From: Amoebidium appalachense
Lineage: Eukaryota > Protista > Ichthyosporea
NCBI GenBank assembly: GCA_963693365.1
Contig: CAVNZM010000005.1
Location: 9,528,334-9,592,333, forward strand
DNA length: 64,000 bases
Direction of reading: 5' to 3'
Shown here: in pieces, positions 32,511 to 54,894 of the stretch
How the letters are laid out: every line of letters starts with the position of its first letter
How positions within the stretch are numbered: position 1 is the first letter of the stretch
The notes under the pieces: model-generated
Told to the model about the DNA's origin: nothing
What the model saw: the letters and a program-made list of their open reading frames with translations, nothing else
The model's database searches: none
Program-made: the position numbers and the translations under genes

Positions 32511-32690
32511 CGGGGGGGGGGGGGGGGGGGAGATGCATGCATTGGAGGGTTAGAAAAGTGGAGGAAGAGGCGTCAAAAGACCAAACGAAAGGGGGGGACG
32601 GTGGGGATGGGGGGAGAAAGGAAGTTAGAGGGGGGAGAGGGGGTGGGGGTGGGGGGGGGGGGGTGGGGGGGAGGGAGGGAGAGAGAAGAG

Positions 32691-32724
<34 letters not shown>

Positions 32725-32940
32725 CGAGAGCGAGAGCGAGAGCCTGAGTGAAAGAGAGTTAGAGGTAGAGAAGGAAAGAGAGGTGGGGGGGGGGGGAGGG
32801 GGGAGGGAGGGGGGGGGGAAGAGAGAGAGAGAGAGAGCGAACGAGCGAGAGAGAGAAAGAGAGAGAGAGAGAGGGAGAGAGAGGGAGAGAGAGAGAGAGG
32901 GAGAGAGACAGAGAGAGAGAGAGAGAAAGAGGGGGGGGGA

Positions 32941-33038
<98 letters not shown>

Positions 33039-33699
33039 GAGAGAGAGAGAGATAGAGAGAGAGAGGACAGAGAGAGAAGAGGGAGAGGAGGGGGGCGGGC
33101 AGAGAGAGAAGAAGAGAGGGGGGTAGGGGGGAGAGAAGGAGGGAGGGAGAGAGGGGGAGCGAGAGAGAGAGAGGGAGGGAAGAACGAGAGAGGGGAGGGA
33201 AGGAGGGGAGAAGGAGGGAGGGATAGAGAGGGTAAGGCAGACGGGAAGAGGACCGGAGAACGAAGAAGAGGTATGAAGGGAGAAAGAAAGCTGCCTCCCC
33301 CTCCCCTCCCCCCCTCCCCAGCTCCCCTCCCCCCTCCCCTCCCCCCCCCCCCCCCCCCCCCCCCCTTCCCCCACCCCCTCCCCCTCCCCCCGTCTCCTTC
33401 CTCGTATTTGTGCATCATCGTGTTTTCCAGAACAAAAATCACACCAACAAGCTGCTGGCAAGATTATCTTTATACGTACTTGTATCCCAAGTGGATGCCC
33501 TTTTTGCACCCCTGTTCTTCTTTCCCTGTCAGATCTTCTGGAGATACCGATAGGCCCTTGCCTCACTGGTCTTTACAAGCCCATCACAGCCTTCACGTTG
33601 GTAGAGTATTAACGCGAATGAAGTTTTGCAAAATATCTTTGTATTTGCTTGCACATGCCCAACGATGTTAGTTCACGTTTTCTAAAGACTTTTTTTTTG

Positions 33700-34638
33700 C
33701 CGTTTTTTTTCCTGTCTCAAGTAGTTCACGTTTCTCGTTTTGACTCGGTCGATATATATTTGGCGCACGCACCGAATATACCCACCGTGACGTCACGAAT
33801 GACATATAAAGTTTAAAGACTTTTTAAAACCAGATAAACCTACTTAAAAGCTTTAAAGTGCATGTGAATCATGCGCCTCGTTATGACCTTGTCCGTTCCA
33901 GCGATAAAGTAAGCCTATCAAATGCGCACGCTCACATTCCTGAGAAGAGCGCGGGCGCGGCGGGCGTGGCGGGACTCCTGAGGCACCTGGTTGTTCCGCA
34001 CCGTTGACTCGGGAGTCTTTTTGTCCAGGGGGCACATAACATGGCAGAAGTGACAGTTCTCTCGTTATCTTTTAGCATGAGCGAATGATACAGTGTACTG
34101 CATAATCATAGTCTTTCCAGTTTTTAGATCTTAACAGCACATCGCTGGATTGAGAGCTGATTAGGCGCATGATGTCCTATCACCGAGATTTCCTTTGCTC
34201 TCGCAGCACATCATAAAACAGTGCACCTCAAATGCTTCAAACCCATAGGCCACCTGCAAAAATCGAAATTTGTACCAGGTTGACAAATAGAAAGCAGCTG
34301 CGTGGTCTTATAATTCGAGCTTTTTTAATTAAGGCAGTTGTATACGTGTTGTGGCATCCAACTACAGCCTAAACAAGCTCCTGAAATGTTCACCAAGACC
34401 GGGGTTAGAAACGTGCTGTTGTTGATCAAGTAGCTTTAGTAAACATCATGCCAGATTTTTCTTTCACAAAAGCAAATCACTAACTGATCACCTTTCCTAG
34501 CTGATAACATCCCAATATTCTTCTTTCCCTGCTCGGTTTCACACCTTTTCTGGCTGTGATCAACCCAACCTTCCTCTTGCCTGCCTCTGTTTCACATGAT
34601 CACCATTACCGAAATTTTTTTCGAACACATGATAAACC
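33700..34638. promoter_or_regulatory. Probable bidirectional promoter between GEMIN2 and the RGS-C1 gene, with a CRE palindrome
   Basis: Repeat-free interval between divergent genes. Perfect 12-bp palindrome CGTGACGTCACG at 33786-33797; GC-box-like GGGCGCGGCGGGCGTGGCGGG near 33953-33973. Confidence 0.45.
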
Positions 34639-44250
<9,612 letters not shown>

Positions 44251-44434
44251 CCTACCGGTGCTGTGAGTGTGTTTTTTTTTTTGTTTAAGGGTTTTTGGTT
44301 GCGTATTTTTGGCCCTTTTAGATTCTACAGTGACCTCCCTGTCCCCGCCCTCCTCTCCCCCCCCCCCCCCCCCCCCCCCTCTCCCCTCCCCCTCCCTCCC
44401 CCCCCCCCCCCTCCCCGGAGAGGGGAGAGGGGGT

Positions 44435-44478
<44 letters not shown>

Positions 44479-44754
44479 GGAGGCGGGTAGGCAGGAACCA
44501 CCCGCCTTGCTCGTCCTCCTTTTTTCCTCACCGGTTTATCCCTCACTTTCCCTGTTTCGTGTCGTTTACCCTTTGACATACTATATAAAAAATTTATAGT
44601 AGATAGTTCAGTCGCAGTAACTAGGCAAGGTTCAGTCTGTCACTATAGAGTACACATATGCATCCAGTGTTAACGTATCACGCTGTGTAAATTTGCTGCA
44701 ATTGGAACGGTAATTTTTTATTTGTTTTTTCGAATGAGGCCTTAAGCTACTTGC

Positions 44755-44991
44755 TTATAATTGTTGGGAGACTTTCAGCTCATGTTCGTACGGGTATATC
44801 TTGTTGTTGGGAGCTGGTACGAAGGGTATTTGGAAGGCCCGGGGCCTAACTATGTAGGGGGGAAATATAGGCATGTGTACTGGATTTTGAAGGATTAGCA
44901 CACCTATGTAGGCTATTGGTAAGTGGCGACCATATAATGTAGGGTTATGGTTCATGTGGCTTCTGTTTTTGTAGTTGAGAGTGTTGGGCAT
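44755..44991 (-). CDS. Possible small Pro-rich hypothetical protein (78 aa)
   Basis: ATG in A-rich context (AAAAATATG), complex sequence and AT-rich upstream region. No homology recognised. Confidence 0.25.
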   Translation of the reverse strand: MPNTLNYKNRSHMNHNPTLYGRHLPIAYIGVLILQNPVHMPIFPPYIVRPRAFQIPFVPAPNNKIYPYEHELKVSQQL

Positions 44992-45347
44992 ATTTTTAAG
45001 AATTTTTAATATAGTGCATTGTCGATCGATACATAGTATAACTTAGCTGCTGGGAACGGTCCAGTATCATATAAATTTGAAACGTTATAGATGCAACGTT
45101 AACCGTTGTACCGCTATGATGACTAGCAAATATTTATCATAACGGAGTGCAATGCCCTTTTTATCGTACTCGTTCTGCGACTTTTGAAGAAGGTTTTTTT
45201 CTTGTTCATTTCGAATTTCAGTTCAAGAATAGTCAATATGCACGGCTATCATGTTTAACACATGTGGCGCTGACGCGCACACAATGCGTTGCTGTTAAGC
45301 GCATCATATTGTCTCGGAAACGACAACATTTTGTAGATCATGTGTGC

Positions 45348-45384
<37 letters not shown>

Positions 45385-45596
45385 ACCCACCCACCCCCCC
45401 CCCCCCTTTTCTCCCCCACCCGAGTTACATAAAAAAGTACTTTCAGTTATTGCCACACTCGGTTTGTGTTTGGCCACGTGGAGACCGTGACAGTGTGTAC
45501 TATACGTGCAAGGCCTAGGGACGTCTTACATGTACATACATAGGTCATATTACTTTTCCTTTGACCCCGGCGGTGAACTGTGTGTACATATAGTGT

Positions 45597-45642
<46 letters not shown>

Positions 45643-45643
45643 A

Positions 45644-45685
<42 letters not shown>

Positions 45686-45989
45686 GGGGGGGAGGGGGGG
45701 GGGGGGGGGGGGGGAGGGGGGAGAGGCAGGAAATGGGAGGGAGGCCGGGGAGGAGTCCAGGTAATACGCCTAAGATTTACGTCTAGATTTCCTCGCCATA
45801 CACACTGTGATATGACGGCATCAGGATCAGACGCGGTCAGCTCCACATATCCCACATAGACGACAGAGTATCTGAATGATTTAGCTCATATACGGCACCA
45901 GCCCCTTTTTCGGGAAACTGTGTGTCAAAAGTGGCCAACATCATATCAGATCTAATATGAAAAATGACCCTAATTAGATGGGGTCTGGA

Positions 45990-46565
45990 AGGGGGCGCCC
46001 GCAACCGTTACATATTTATATATATTTATATATATATTTATATATATTTATATATAATTGTATATATTTGTATATATTTATATATATTTGTATATACTTG
46101 TATATATTTATATATATATTTATCATAGCCCGATATCATCTCGTATACTCGGCTTGCATCATATTGGGGCATACTGGCTGAGTTGCATATAACAGTCAAG
46201 ACTCTTGACCACAACACACGATACGGATATCATAGCAGAGTCGGACTCAGCGATGTTTGATTGGTGCGATATTGAACGTGTGTGGCACAGGCTGTGCCAT
46301 TCTCGATCCTGGTGCAGAGCTTCATACTAATGTTATTTGCATGTTTTTATGTAATCGTTCATAATTATATTAATATTACTTACTAATGATACTGTCATGA
46401 TATTTCCATATAGTCATAATAATCAGTATATATTTACATATATTTACATATATTTATATATATTTACATATATTTATATATATTTATATATACTTATATA
46501 TATTTACATATATTTGTATATATTTATATATATTTATATATATTTACCGGTTGCGGGTGACCCCT
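45990..46565. mobile_element. 576-bp non-autonomous TIR element with 6-bp TSD and internal (TATATATTTA)n minisatellites
   Basis: Left end AGGGGGCGCCCGCAACCGTTACATA vs reverse complement of right end AGGGGTCACCCGCAACCGGTAAATA (21/25). TCTGGA is duplicated at 45984-45989 and 46566-46571. Confidence 0.75.
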
Positions 46566-46712
46566 TCTGGAGCCTGACTTTCAAAGGCACAGGCTGGTGC
46601 CAGGCTCAGGCACAGAGAGACTGACTTGGGGTTGACTGTCCGGGTCACTGACTGAGACATTTGCACTTGGGCACCGGGGCAGGGGAGGAGGGGGAGGAAG
46701 GGCAAGGAGGGA

Positions 46713-46760
<48 letters not shown>

Positions 46761-47388
46761 GGGGGGGGGGGGGGGGGGGGGGGGCTGCTATTTGAATGAG
46801 AAGGCCTTCTTAGCGGATTATACCACGGTGTGTGTGGACAGCCGGGGGGGGGGGGGGGGGGGGGGGGGGGGAGGGGGGGGGAGGGGGCTGTTTCACGGTT
46901 ATGCTGCGAGTCTGTGTAGTCATGATTGGCTGCGACCCGTTTATAACTAAGTCGGGTATTCCCCTTCTATGGGGCTGCTCAAATAACAACGGGTAATATC
47001 CTATATATGGAAAAAAATCCGCCATTCCCAATTTTAACTATCATGGTACACAAGTCACCACGGCCATTGCCTCAGCCTCGCTTACGGTGGGGAGTGCTAA
47101 TATTAGGCCTCCCCTCCAAACAAAACCTACTAATAAAACTTTGTAAACGCAGGGTTTCATTGGTACAACTACGATGCATTAAAATTAGCGGTGTGACCAG
47201 TCACGGTATTGTGGTATTGTGACAAACAGGATTGCCAAACCGTGAGGTTGGTGCTTATCGTAGCTAGTACGGTGAAATACTCGGAATGTGCCTCAGGATA
47301 TGATAGAGGAGGGTCACCGGCGAGGGGCATAGCATTCTTAGCGTGTGCGTGCCGTGTGTGTGTGTGTGTGTGTGTTTCTGCGTCGGGA

Positions 47389-47440
<52 letters not shown>

Positions 47441-47547
47441 TGTAGTTTCTCAGAGCTTGCAAGAAGACACATAAATTTTGCATGGTTTGATAATGCTAGT
47501 GGTATGGCCACACTACTTTGCCAGTGGCAATCAGTGGTGGCCAGAGC

Positions 47548-47585
<38 letters not shown>

Positions 47586-47805
47586 CCTCCCCCGTCCCCC
47601 GTGTCACCCCGTCCCGGCCAAGTGACATATGTCTGCCTCTCTCTCTCTCCTGACTCAGGCTCTCTCTATCGATCCCTTCCTCCTGCTGTAGTCTCTCTCC
47701 GCCTCTAACTAATATCCTCTCTCTCTTTCCCCTTGGGCCACCCCGTGTGACCCCGAAAGTCTCATGCTCTCAGAGTCTCTCTCTCTCTCTCCCTCCCCCC
47801 CCCCC

Positions 47806-47850
<45 letters not shown>

Positions 47851-47963
47851 TTCTCTGCAACTCTCTCTCTCTCTTCTCTCCATACAGGGGTCACTCACTC
47901 TTAAGATAACAGGTAAATACGGTTTACGGTCTCGGCCGTAGGGTTCATTATCTTATTTCCCCC

Positions 47964-48019
<56 letters not shown>

Positions 48020-48060
48020 GGGGGGGGGGGAGGGGCCCGGGGGCGCGCACACACACACCG

Positions 48061-48205
48061 TGCGCCGTGACATGGAGGCACACACACACATATTGTGATA
48101 CACATGTGCACACACTCACACACACCAAACACACAAACAAACACGGGGACAAACGAACACAAAATCCGAATGTACACACAGACACATGCACACATTTTCG
48201 CACAG

Positions 48206-48248
<43 letters not shown>

Positions 48249-48683
48249 CCCCCCGGGCCCTCCCGCAAAAAAAAAAAAAAAAAAAAAAAAAGACCCGCAG
48301 CCCAAGAAAAGGATCTACAAGGGGAGAAAAGTTGGTGGTGGTGGTGGTCGTGGTAGTGGTGGGGGGCGGGGAGGGGGGGGGGGGGGGGGGGAAGTCACAC
48401 ACAACGTGCACCGTGACATGGAGCCACACGCACACACACACACACACATTGTGATATACACACGTGCACACGTTTTTTTTTTTTTTTTGTGTGTGTGTGT
48501 GGGGGGGGGGGGGAAGAGTGGGGCACACACACACACACACACACACCCCATGCACCGTAAAATGGAGACACACACACACACACATTGTGATACACACGTC
48601 CACACCACACACACTCACACCCAGTGACAAACGAACACAAAATCCAAATGTGCACACAGACAGATGCAAACATTCTCGTACAG

Positions 48684-48728
<45 letters not shown>

Positions 48729-48975
48729 AAGCTCCCGCAGCCCAGAAAATGTACCCACAGAACAGGGGGAAGGGGGGGGGGGGGGGGGGGGGCACACACG
48801 CTGTGCACCGTGACAAAGAGCCACATGCACGCACGCACACACACACACACACATTATTATGATACACACACGTGCACACACACACACACCACACACACAC
48901 ACACACACACACCCAGTGACAAACAAACACAAAATCCAAATCAACACAGAGATATATGCACACATTTTCGCACAG
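48061..48975. repeat. Degenerate tandem repeat (3-4 units) interleaved with G/C runs
   Basis: Recurring GTGCACCGTGACATGGAG...CATTGTGATACAC...GACAAACGAACACAAAATCC...CATTTTCGCACAG starting near 48061, 48407 (partial), 48551 and 48804. Confidence 0.75.
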
Positions 48976-49107
48976 AATGACGCATAGAGCCAGGGAAGGC
49001 ATGTTCCGGGCACCGTGGGTCCATTAGTGTAAAACGTTTTACTCCTTCTTTGCCGGTTGCACACACTCGCGCGCACACAGACACAGGCCATGTCATACAC
49101 ATAAACA

Positions 49108-49229
<122 letters not shown>

Positions 49230-49919
49230 CACACACACACATTGACTTTTTCGGTCTGTTGATTGGTAACAAAGCATAAGCTTCCCGAGGACTTCAAGCT
49301 AATCAGAATAGAAATATTTTTTGCTGCACATAAAAGGGCGTTTCCTGTGCACAGCCTAATAATAATAATACTAACCCAAGTTAGGGAAGCCCCAGTCTCC
49401 CTCCGAATCCTCCCCTCCTCCCCTACCCCCCCTTCCCCATCCCCGTTGTCCTATTTTTTTCCCAGCCTCGGTAGCCCCTAGGATCTTATTATTTCTCAAA
49501 AAGTGACCAATCATCTTATAGATGAATTATCTCAATCCTGAAGTATGACCCCTGTACTCTCTCTCTCTCTCTCTCACACACACTTCTCTCAATCCATATA
49601 CTCTCTCTCTCTAGATCTCTCTCTCCCCCCTCCCTCCCTCCCTCCCTCCCTCCCTCCCTCCCTCCCTCCCTCCCTCTCTCTCTCTCTCCGGCTCTCTCTC
49701 TCTCCGGCTCTCTCTCTCTCTCTCTCTCTCTCCCCCCCCCCCCCCCCTCCCTCCCTCCCTCCCTCCCTCCCTCCCTCCCTCTCTCTCTCTCATCTACCCC
49801 TCCTCCCCTACCCCCCCTTCCTCATCCTCGTTGTCCTATTTTTTCCTCAGCCTCGGTAGCCCCTAGAATCTTATTTCTTCTCAGCTCTCTCCCTCTCTCC
49901 CTCTCTCCCTCTCTCTCCC

Positions 49920-49975
<56 letters not shown>

Positions 49976-50136
49976 CTCCCCCCGAGGAGCACCTGCCTTC
50001 ACCCCCCCCCCCCCCCCCCCCCCCGGCCCTCTTCCTCCTATGAGTCCCTCTCCCTCCCTCCCTCCCTCCCTTACTCCCCGGGCCCTCCCTCCGTCCCTCC
50101 CTGCTCTCTTTCTCTCTCGAACTCCTCTCCCTCGTC

Positions 50137-50178
<42 letters not shown>

Positions 50179-50362
50179 CCTCCCCCCCCCCCTCCGGTCT
50201 TTAGTTAGAAGAAGATAGCATCATTTCATCATGACATTGTGAGACGGTGGACGGGCCGGGTGGAAATCATGGCATCGAAATCAGTGCCCTCGGGGCCGGG
50301 CCCGATCGGCCCCTATCATAGTACATATATTGATAGCTCATTGGAGCAGGTGCACTGCCAAC

Positions 50363-52347
50363 TAAGCCTATGTAAAAAAATCCCGCATCTCCACAGGATA
50401 TTTAGGGGTCCTCGGGATATGGGATATATCCGGATATTTAGGCAGTTTTGGGATAGTTCCAAATGATATTTAGGGAGGGGCGGGATTTCCAATCTATCCA
50501 CAGGGGGTGGATATATCCCGGTCGAGCGCTCAGGATAGTTTTAGGTCATCCTTTCGCCCCATTACACTAACCCAGGTTGTTCGTAGATTCTTTGAAGCTT
50601 GCTTACTTAGGTTATTTGCACATCACCCTAGGTTTCAATCTATTCTTCACATACACCCATGCCAATCCGCTTTTCGTAAAAACAATTCATGTTATGTTCA
50701 AATAATGGCACTGCACGATTCTATGCAAGTTGGTGCACAATATGTTGGCTTTATTGATTGGAAAACTGCTTACGATTCTGTCTCCCCTGGTCTCCTATGG
50801 GAAAAGCTTGCTGCACGGGGTGTACCACACTGCATTGGTGTTCTGTTAGAAGCACTCTTGTCTCAAACCTATGGTAGAGCTGTGGTTAATGGGCATCTTT
50901 CATATGGTTTTGCTCGTACTAGAGGTCTCTTGCAGGGTTCATTGCTTAGCCCCTTTTTGTTTAACCTATTTATAGATGATTTGGCTGTCAAGATTTACGC
51001 CGAAAACGATGACCCTATTAATAACTTTCCGCCTGCACTTCTCTATGCTGATGATCTGTCCCTCCTTGCCCGTACCCCTAGACGCCTGCAAAGATTGTTC
51101 GATGTAGTGTCAGAGTGGTGCAAGGCAAACCTTATGATCCTTAACATAGACAAATGTGGTGTTCTTGTACCTGATATAGCTAACAATTTACACACATTTA
51201 CATTATCATCTAAACCTGTACCTATAGTTCCAGAATACAAATATCTTGGTGTTCCGGTTGATTCTGTTGGTGTTATGTTTCCCCATATGGTCGAAAAGAG
51301 GGTAGAGTTGGCTCGTAAGCGGTTAGCTTTCTTCTCGGCTAATATTTTTAAAGACACACCCCTCCATCCTTCTATTAGACTTACATTTATTCGCACTTTT
51401 GTCTTCCCGGCATGTGAATATGGTTTACCCCTTCTCGCCGCTTGGATCAAGAAAGAGAGAACTAGAGCGCTTAAACCCTTGGCAAATTTCCTTGAAGCAG
51501 AAGTTGCCTCCTTTCTATCTAACAACTGTTGTAAACCTGGGCCTGTAACGCTCTCGATATATGGTCTGGTCCCAATAGCTGATAGAGTATCCTATCTCGC
51601 GCTGAAATTCAATAAGCACATAAGCCGCTTAAAGAAGTATTTGCCCTCCCACCCTCTCTTCTCTATCCGACCTGTCCCCTCCTCACCTCTCCCCTCTTTC
51701 CTCCCCTCTCTCTCCCCTTCTCCCCTGGGCACAAATACAAATAAACCCCGCAATAGTGTGTGTGTGACTTTGGACTGCCACTTACTTATTAAACATGTAC
51801 ACAATCACAAGATAATCACGCAATATAACAAATGGAAAAAGATACCACACGACACTAGACCCGATGAAAGCATACACCTTGAAAAACTAAGCCTTATGTC
51901 TCGTTTTATATATACTGACCGCCTCAACCATATTGCCAAATATGGCACTCGCAAGTGTATAACACCTAAATACATATTACCTTCCTGTAGAACTGGTCTT
52001 TCTCTAGCTGATGGTATTATTGATCAATTACCACGCTTTTACTGTACACGTGCTATACAGTGGAGATCTAATAAGTATAAGGTGGCATCATTTGCATGCC
52101 CAAACAACACACACACACACCAGTTTAACCGGTCATGTATCGCCAAATGTAGTTTGATAGACCACATAATACCGCAACACACACACGTCACATTCACAAC
52201 AGACACCCAGAAAGATAGCCTACCTGTAAATTACAACATCCTTGATTTTATACTAAACACGCGTAACTACGACCTGTTTATTAGATGTATTGATTGGCTT
52301 GAGAAACACATCACTACAAAATTATAGCGCACGCGCACACACACACA

Positions 52348-52398
<51 letters not shown>

Positions 52399-52430
52399 CC
52401 AGCTGATACCGAGTGTCCCGAGGGGAGCCC

Positions 52431-52475
<45 letters not shown>

Positions 52476-52869
52476 GGGGAACCCCAACTAATTGATTTCT
52501 CCTTGTAGTCTTTATGGTGTCTCGTAGAGAAAGTAAACCCTGATATATAGTCACCACCCGACATCTATGTACGTGATCATGATATACCGCTGAGGGGATA
52601 TTCCGAGCAAAACCCCCCCCCCCCATACCTGAGACTGGTTCTCTTTGCCTCGAGTAAACAGCGTAAACCCCCATTTAGGTATCCCGTGGGTTTAGGGATA
52701 TATTGTATATGTTTGTGGCCAGGGATATCACAGCAAATAGGCTAAGATCAAGGTTGTGAACGAGAGCAAAGTCAGGCTGATAAAAAGTGATGTATATGTA
52801 GTAGAAGATAAGTAGTCGACGTGAGCAAGGATATAATTTCATTGTGGTGGCAAGACCGTCCCGTGCCTT

Positions 52870-52902
<33 letters not shown>

Positions 52903-53144
52903 AGCGGCCTTTGGCCTTCTGGTTCGTGCACACATACTCTTTTTCATGCATGCATACAAGTTATTCCTCCCTCCCCCCCCCCCCCCCCCCCACCCCCCGC
53001 CCTCAATCGAGGCCGGGGCCGGCCACACGTGCACTGCAGACTTGTCACGACTCACATGTACGTAATGGTGCATATGATCCATATGCATATCCTTTTTATG
53101 CATGCATGCATTCCCCCCCCCCCCCCCCCCCCCCCCCCCCCACC

Positions 53145-53234
<90 letters not shown>

Positions 53235-53527
53235 CACACACACGCACACGTGATACTTAGGCCTGAGTCTTCGAAATATTATGGATACCTGCCCGCCGGG
53301 CTAAGTTTAGCACCGGATATTAGCCCGGATATTTAGGCTTCAGCGAGAGAAAAATGATATTTCTCGGGATAGATAGGGGCCCAAGGGATAGATGAACTTG
53401 ATATTTAGGTCCATTTTCGGGATTTTCCGGGATATGATCTATGATATTTAGGTAGGTTTTGTGATAGATCGGGAGAAAAGCAATATGATATTTAGGTAGT
53501 TTTTTAGGATAGATTTACATAGGCTTA
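50363..53527. mobile_element. 3165-bp non-autonomous hAT-type DNA transposon enclosing a LINE fragment
   Basis: Perfect 14-bp TIRs TAAGCCTATGTAAA (50363-50376) / TTTACATAGGCTTA (53514-53527). Perfect 8-bp TSD CTGCCAAC (50355-50362, 53528-53535). About 10 subterminal GATATTTAGG-like motifs. No transposase. Confidence 0.9.
50507..52327 (+). CDS. Non-LTR retrotransposon (LINE) reverse transcriptase, 5'-truncated, uninterrupted ORF
   Basis: RT motifs in order: SFRPITL, QSAFR, FIDWKTAYDSV, GLLQGSLLSPFLFNLFIDDL, LLYADDL, NIDKC, YKYLGV. C-terminal QWR..CP...H.FNR.C...C..NILDFILN. Homology starts near 50546; no endonuclease or ORF1 upstream. Followed by (CA)n and a poly(A) run at 52435-52474. Confidence 0.95.
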   Translation: MDISRSSAQDSFRSSFRPITLTQVVRRFFEACLLRLFAHHPRFQSILHIHPCQSAFRKNNSCYVQIMALHDSMQVGAQYVGFIDWKTAYDSVSPGLLWEKLAARGVPHCIGVLLEALLSQTYGRAVVNGHLSYGFARTRGLLQGSLLSPFLFNLFIDDLAVKIYAENDDPINNFPPALLYADDLSLLARTPRRLQRLFDVVSEWCKANLMILNIDKCGVLVPDIANNLHTFTLSSKPVPIVPEYKYLGVPVDSVGVMFPHMVEKRVELARKRLAFFSANIFKDTPLHPSIRLTFIRTFVFPACEYGLPLLAAWIKKERTRALKPLANFLEAEVASFLSNNCCKPGPVTLSIYGLVPIADRVSYLALKFNKHISRLKKYLPSHPLFSIRPVPSSPLPSFLPSLSPSPLGTNTNKPRNSVCVTLDCHLLIKHVHNHKIITQYNKWKKIPHDTRPDESIHLEKLSLMSRFIYTDRLNHIAKYGTRKCITPKYILPSCRTGLSLADGIIDQLPRFYCTRAIQWRSNKYKVASFACPNNTHTHQFNRSCIAKCSLIDHIIPQHTHVTFTTDTQKDSLPVNYNILDFILNTRNYDLFIRCIDWLEKHITTKL

Positions 53528-54894
53528 CTGCCAACTATAAAGTTACGATCCGGATTCCATGGGAGTGATCAGGAGTCACTGGTTGTGGCAGCATCGGCAA
53601 ATCATGCTTCAATTTTGGACACGATCGTGAGATGAGGCCTGGGGCGTGGCAAGCGTAAACAACCATTGGTATAGTATTTAATGATGCAGAACTTCCATCC
53701 ATCAAGTATACAATCATTATATGTTGATGTCCAATGTCACACAAACACTGTCTTCGTCGCGGCCGTCCATAAATTGCAAAATACAACTTGTAGGTACAAA
53801 ACATGTGGAATGCAGCCGAGGCCTCGCTACATCAATGTAACATCATGCGGCCCCATTGCCAGCCAGCCCCAGCCTCGAAGATGCTATCCTTCCGAAAAAA
53901 AAAGCCCATTGATGACGGAATCTGGATAGAGAACATTGAACACCAGGCCTCTTGCCATGATTCTTATAAAACCCAAAAAATCTATGAATGCCCACGTGAC
54001 AAAAACATACATTGAAAGGCGTAAACCCCTTCAAAAAAGTTCATTCTGATTCATGCCGGAATTCGAATAGTCTTGCGTCTTGGGGGACCGGGAGGTATGC
54101 ATATCAAGAATCAAGATACGTGTACATATCGATGAAGCAAGCTCTTTATTCTTGGTTCTTACAGTGATCTATATATATAGGCCCGGCCGGTATAATGCAT
54201 TATTAAGCCATTTTTTAATAAAAAAAATTTATTGCCCATTTTTGGCGGAACGTCAGGATGCATGAAAGTCTCAAGGGAATCACTGTACATGTACTGTACA
54301 TGCGGGTCTTTTTTTCCAAGTGCCTCCCCTCAGACTTCCCTGACCAGGCTGTGGAATTATGAGTTGCTGTGGCAAAGAATAGTCCCTGAAAACTCAAGAA
54401 TTATCCCTACCTTTCTGAGGTTATGTCAACCAATTTTTAACAGTGGCTCTAACACAGCCAATTTAAAAAAATAAAAAAAAGACCGCTATTCCGCTAAAAA
54501 GGTTGGTGGCTCTAATGTCACATCTACTACTAGGGCCATCCAGGCAGCAAAAAAAAAAATTTGCAGTCAAGAACGAATTTCACACCCTGCCAATGATTCG
54601 AGTAGCTCTCTCCGTTATCCCCGGCCTCATTTCCCTTTCTGCCAATCAACAGAGCTTATCGCACCTCCTATCGGAATGCGGCTCCATGGCAGCCGCAGCA
54701 ACAGGGCTTAAAATTCGTTTTTATCATAGTGGTTTTTCGGGAATCCGGTGCATATTTTCGTAACCCCGACTGTATTTTCAGTGCCACTTGCACATGTATA
54801 TGTGTGTGTATATATATATATAATATATATATATATATATAATATTTATATAATATTACAGTGCCACTGGTACAGATTTCAGTGGAACTAGCGG

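Noticed and set aside
51043-51804. Minus-strand ORFs within the RT region
   Set aside because: They are antisense to the LINE RT and show no motifs.
54860-54892. Helitron-like 3' end (CCACTG hairpin followed by CTAG)
   Set aside because: Hairpin-to-CTAG spacing is atypical, CTAG is not followed by T, and no 5' TC end or second copy was found.
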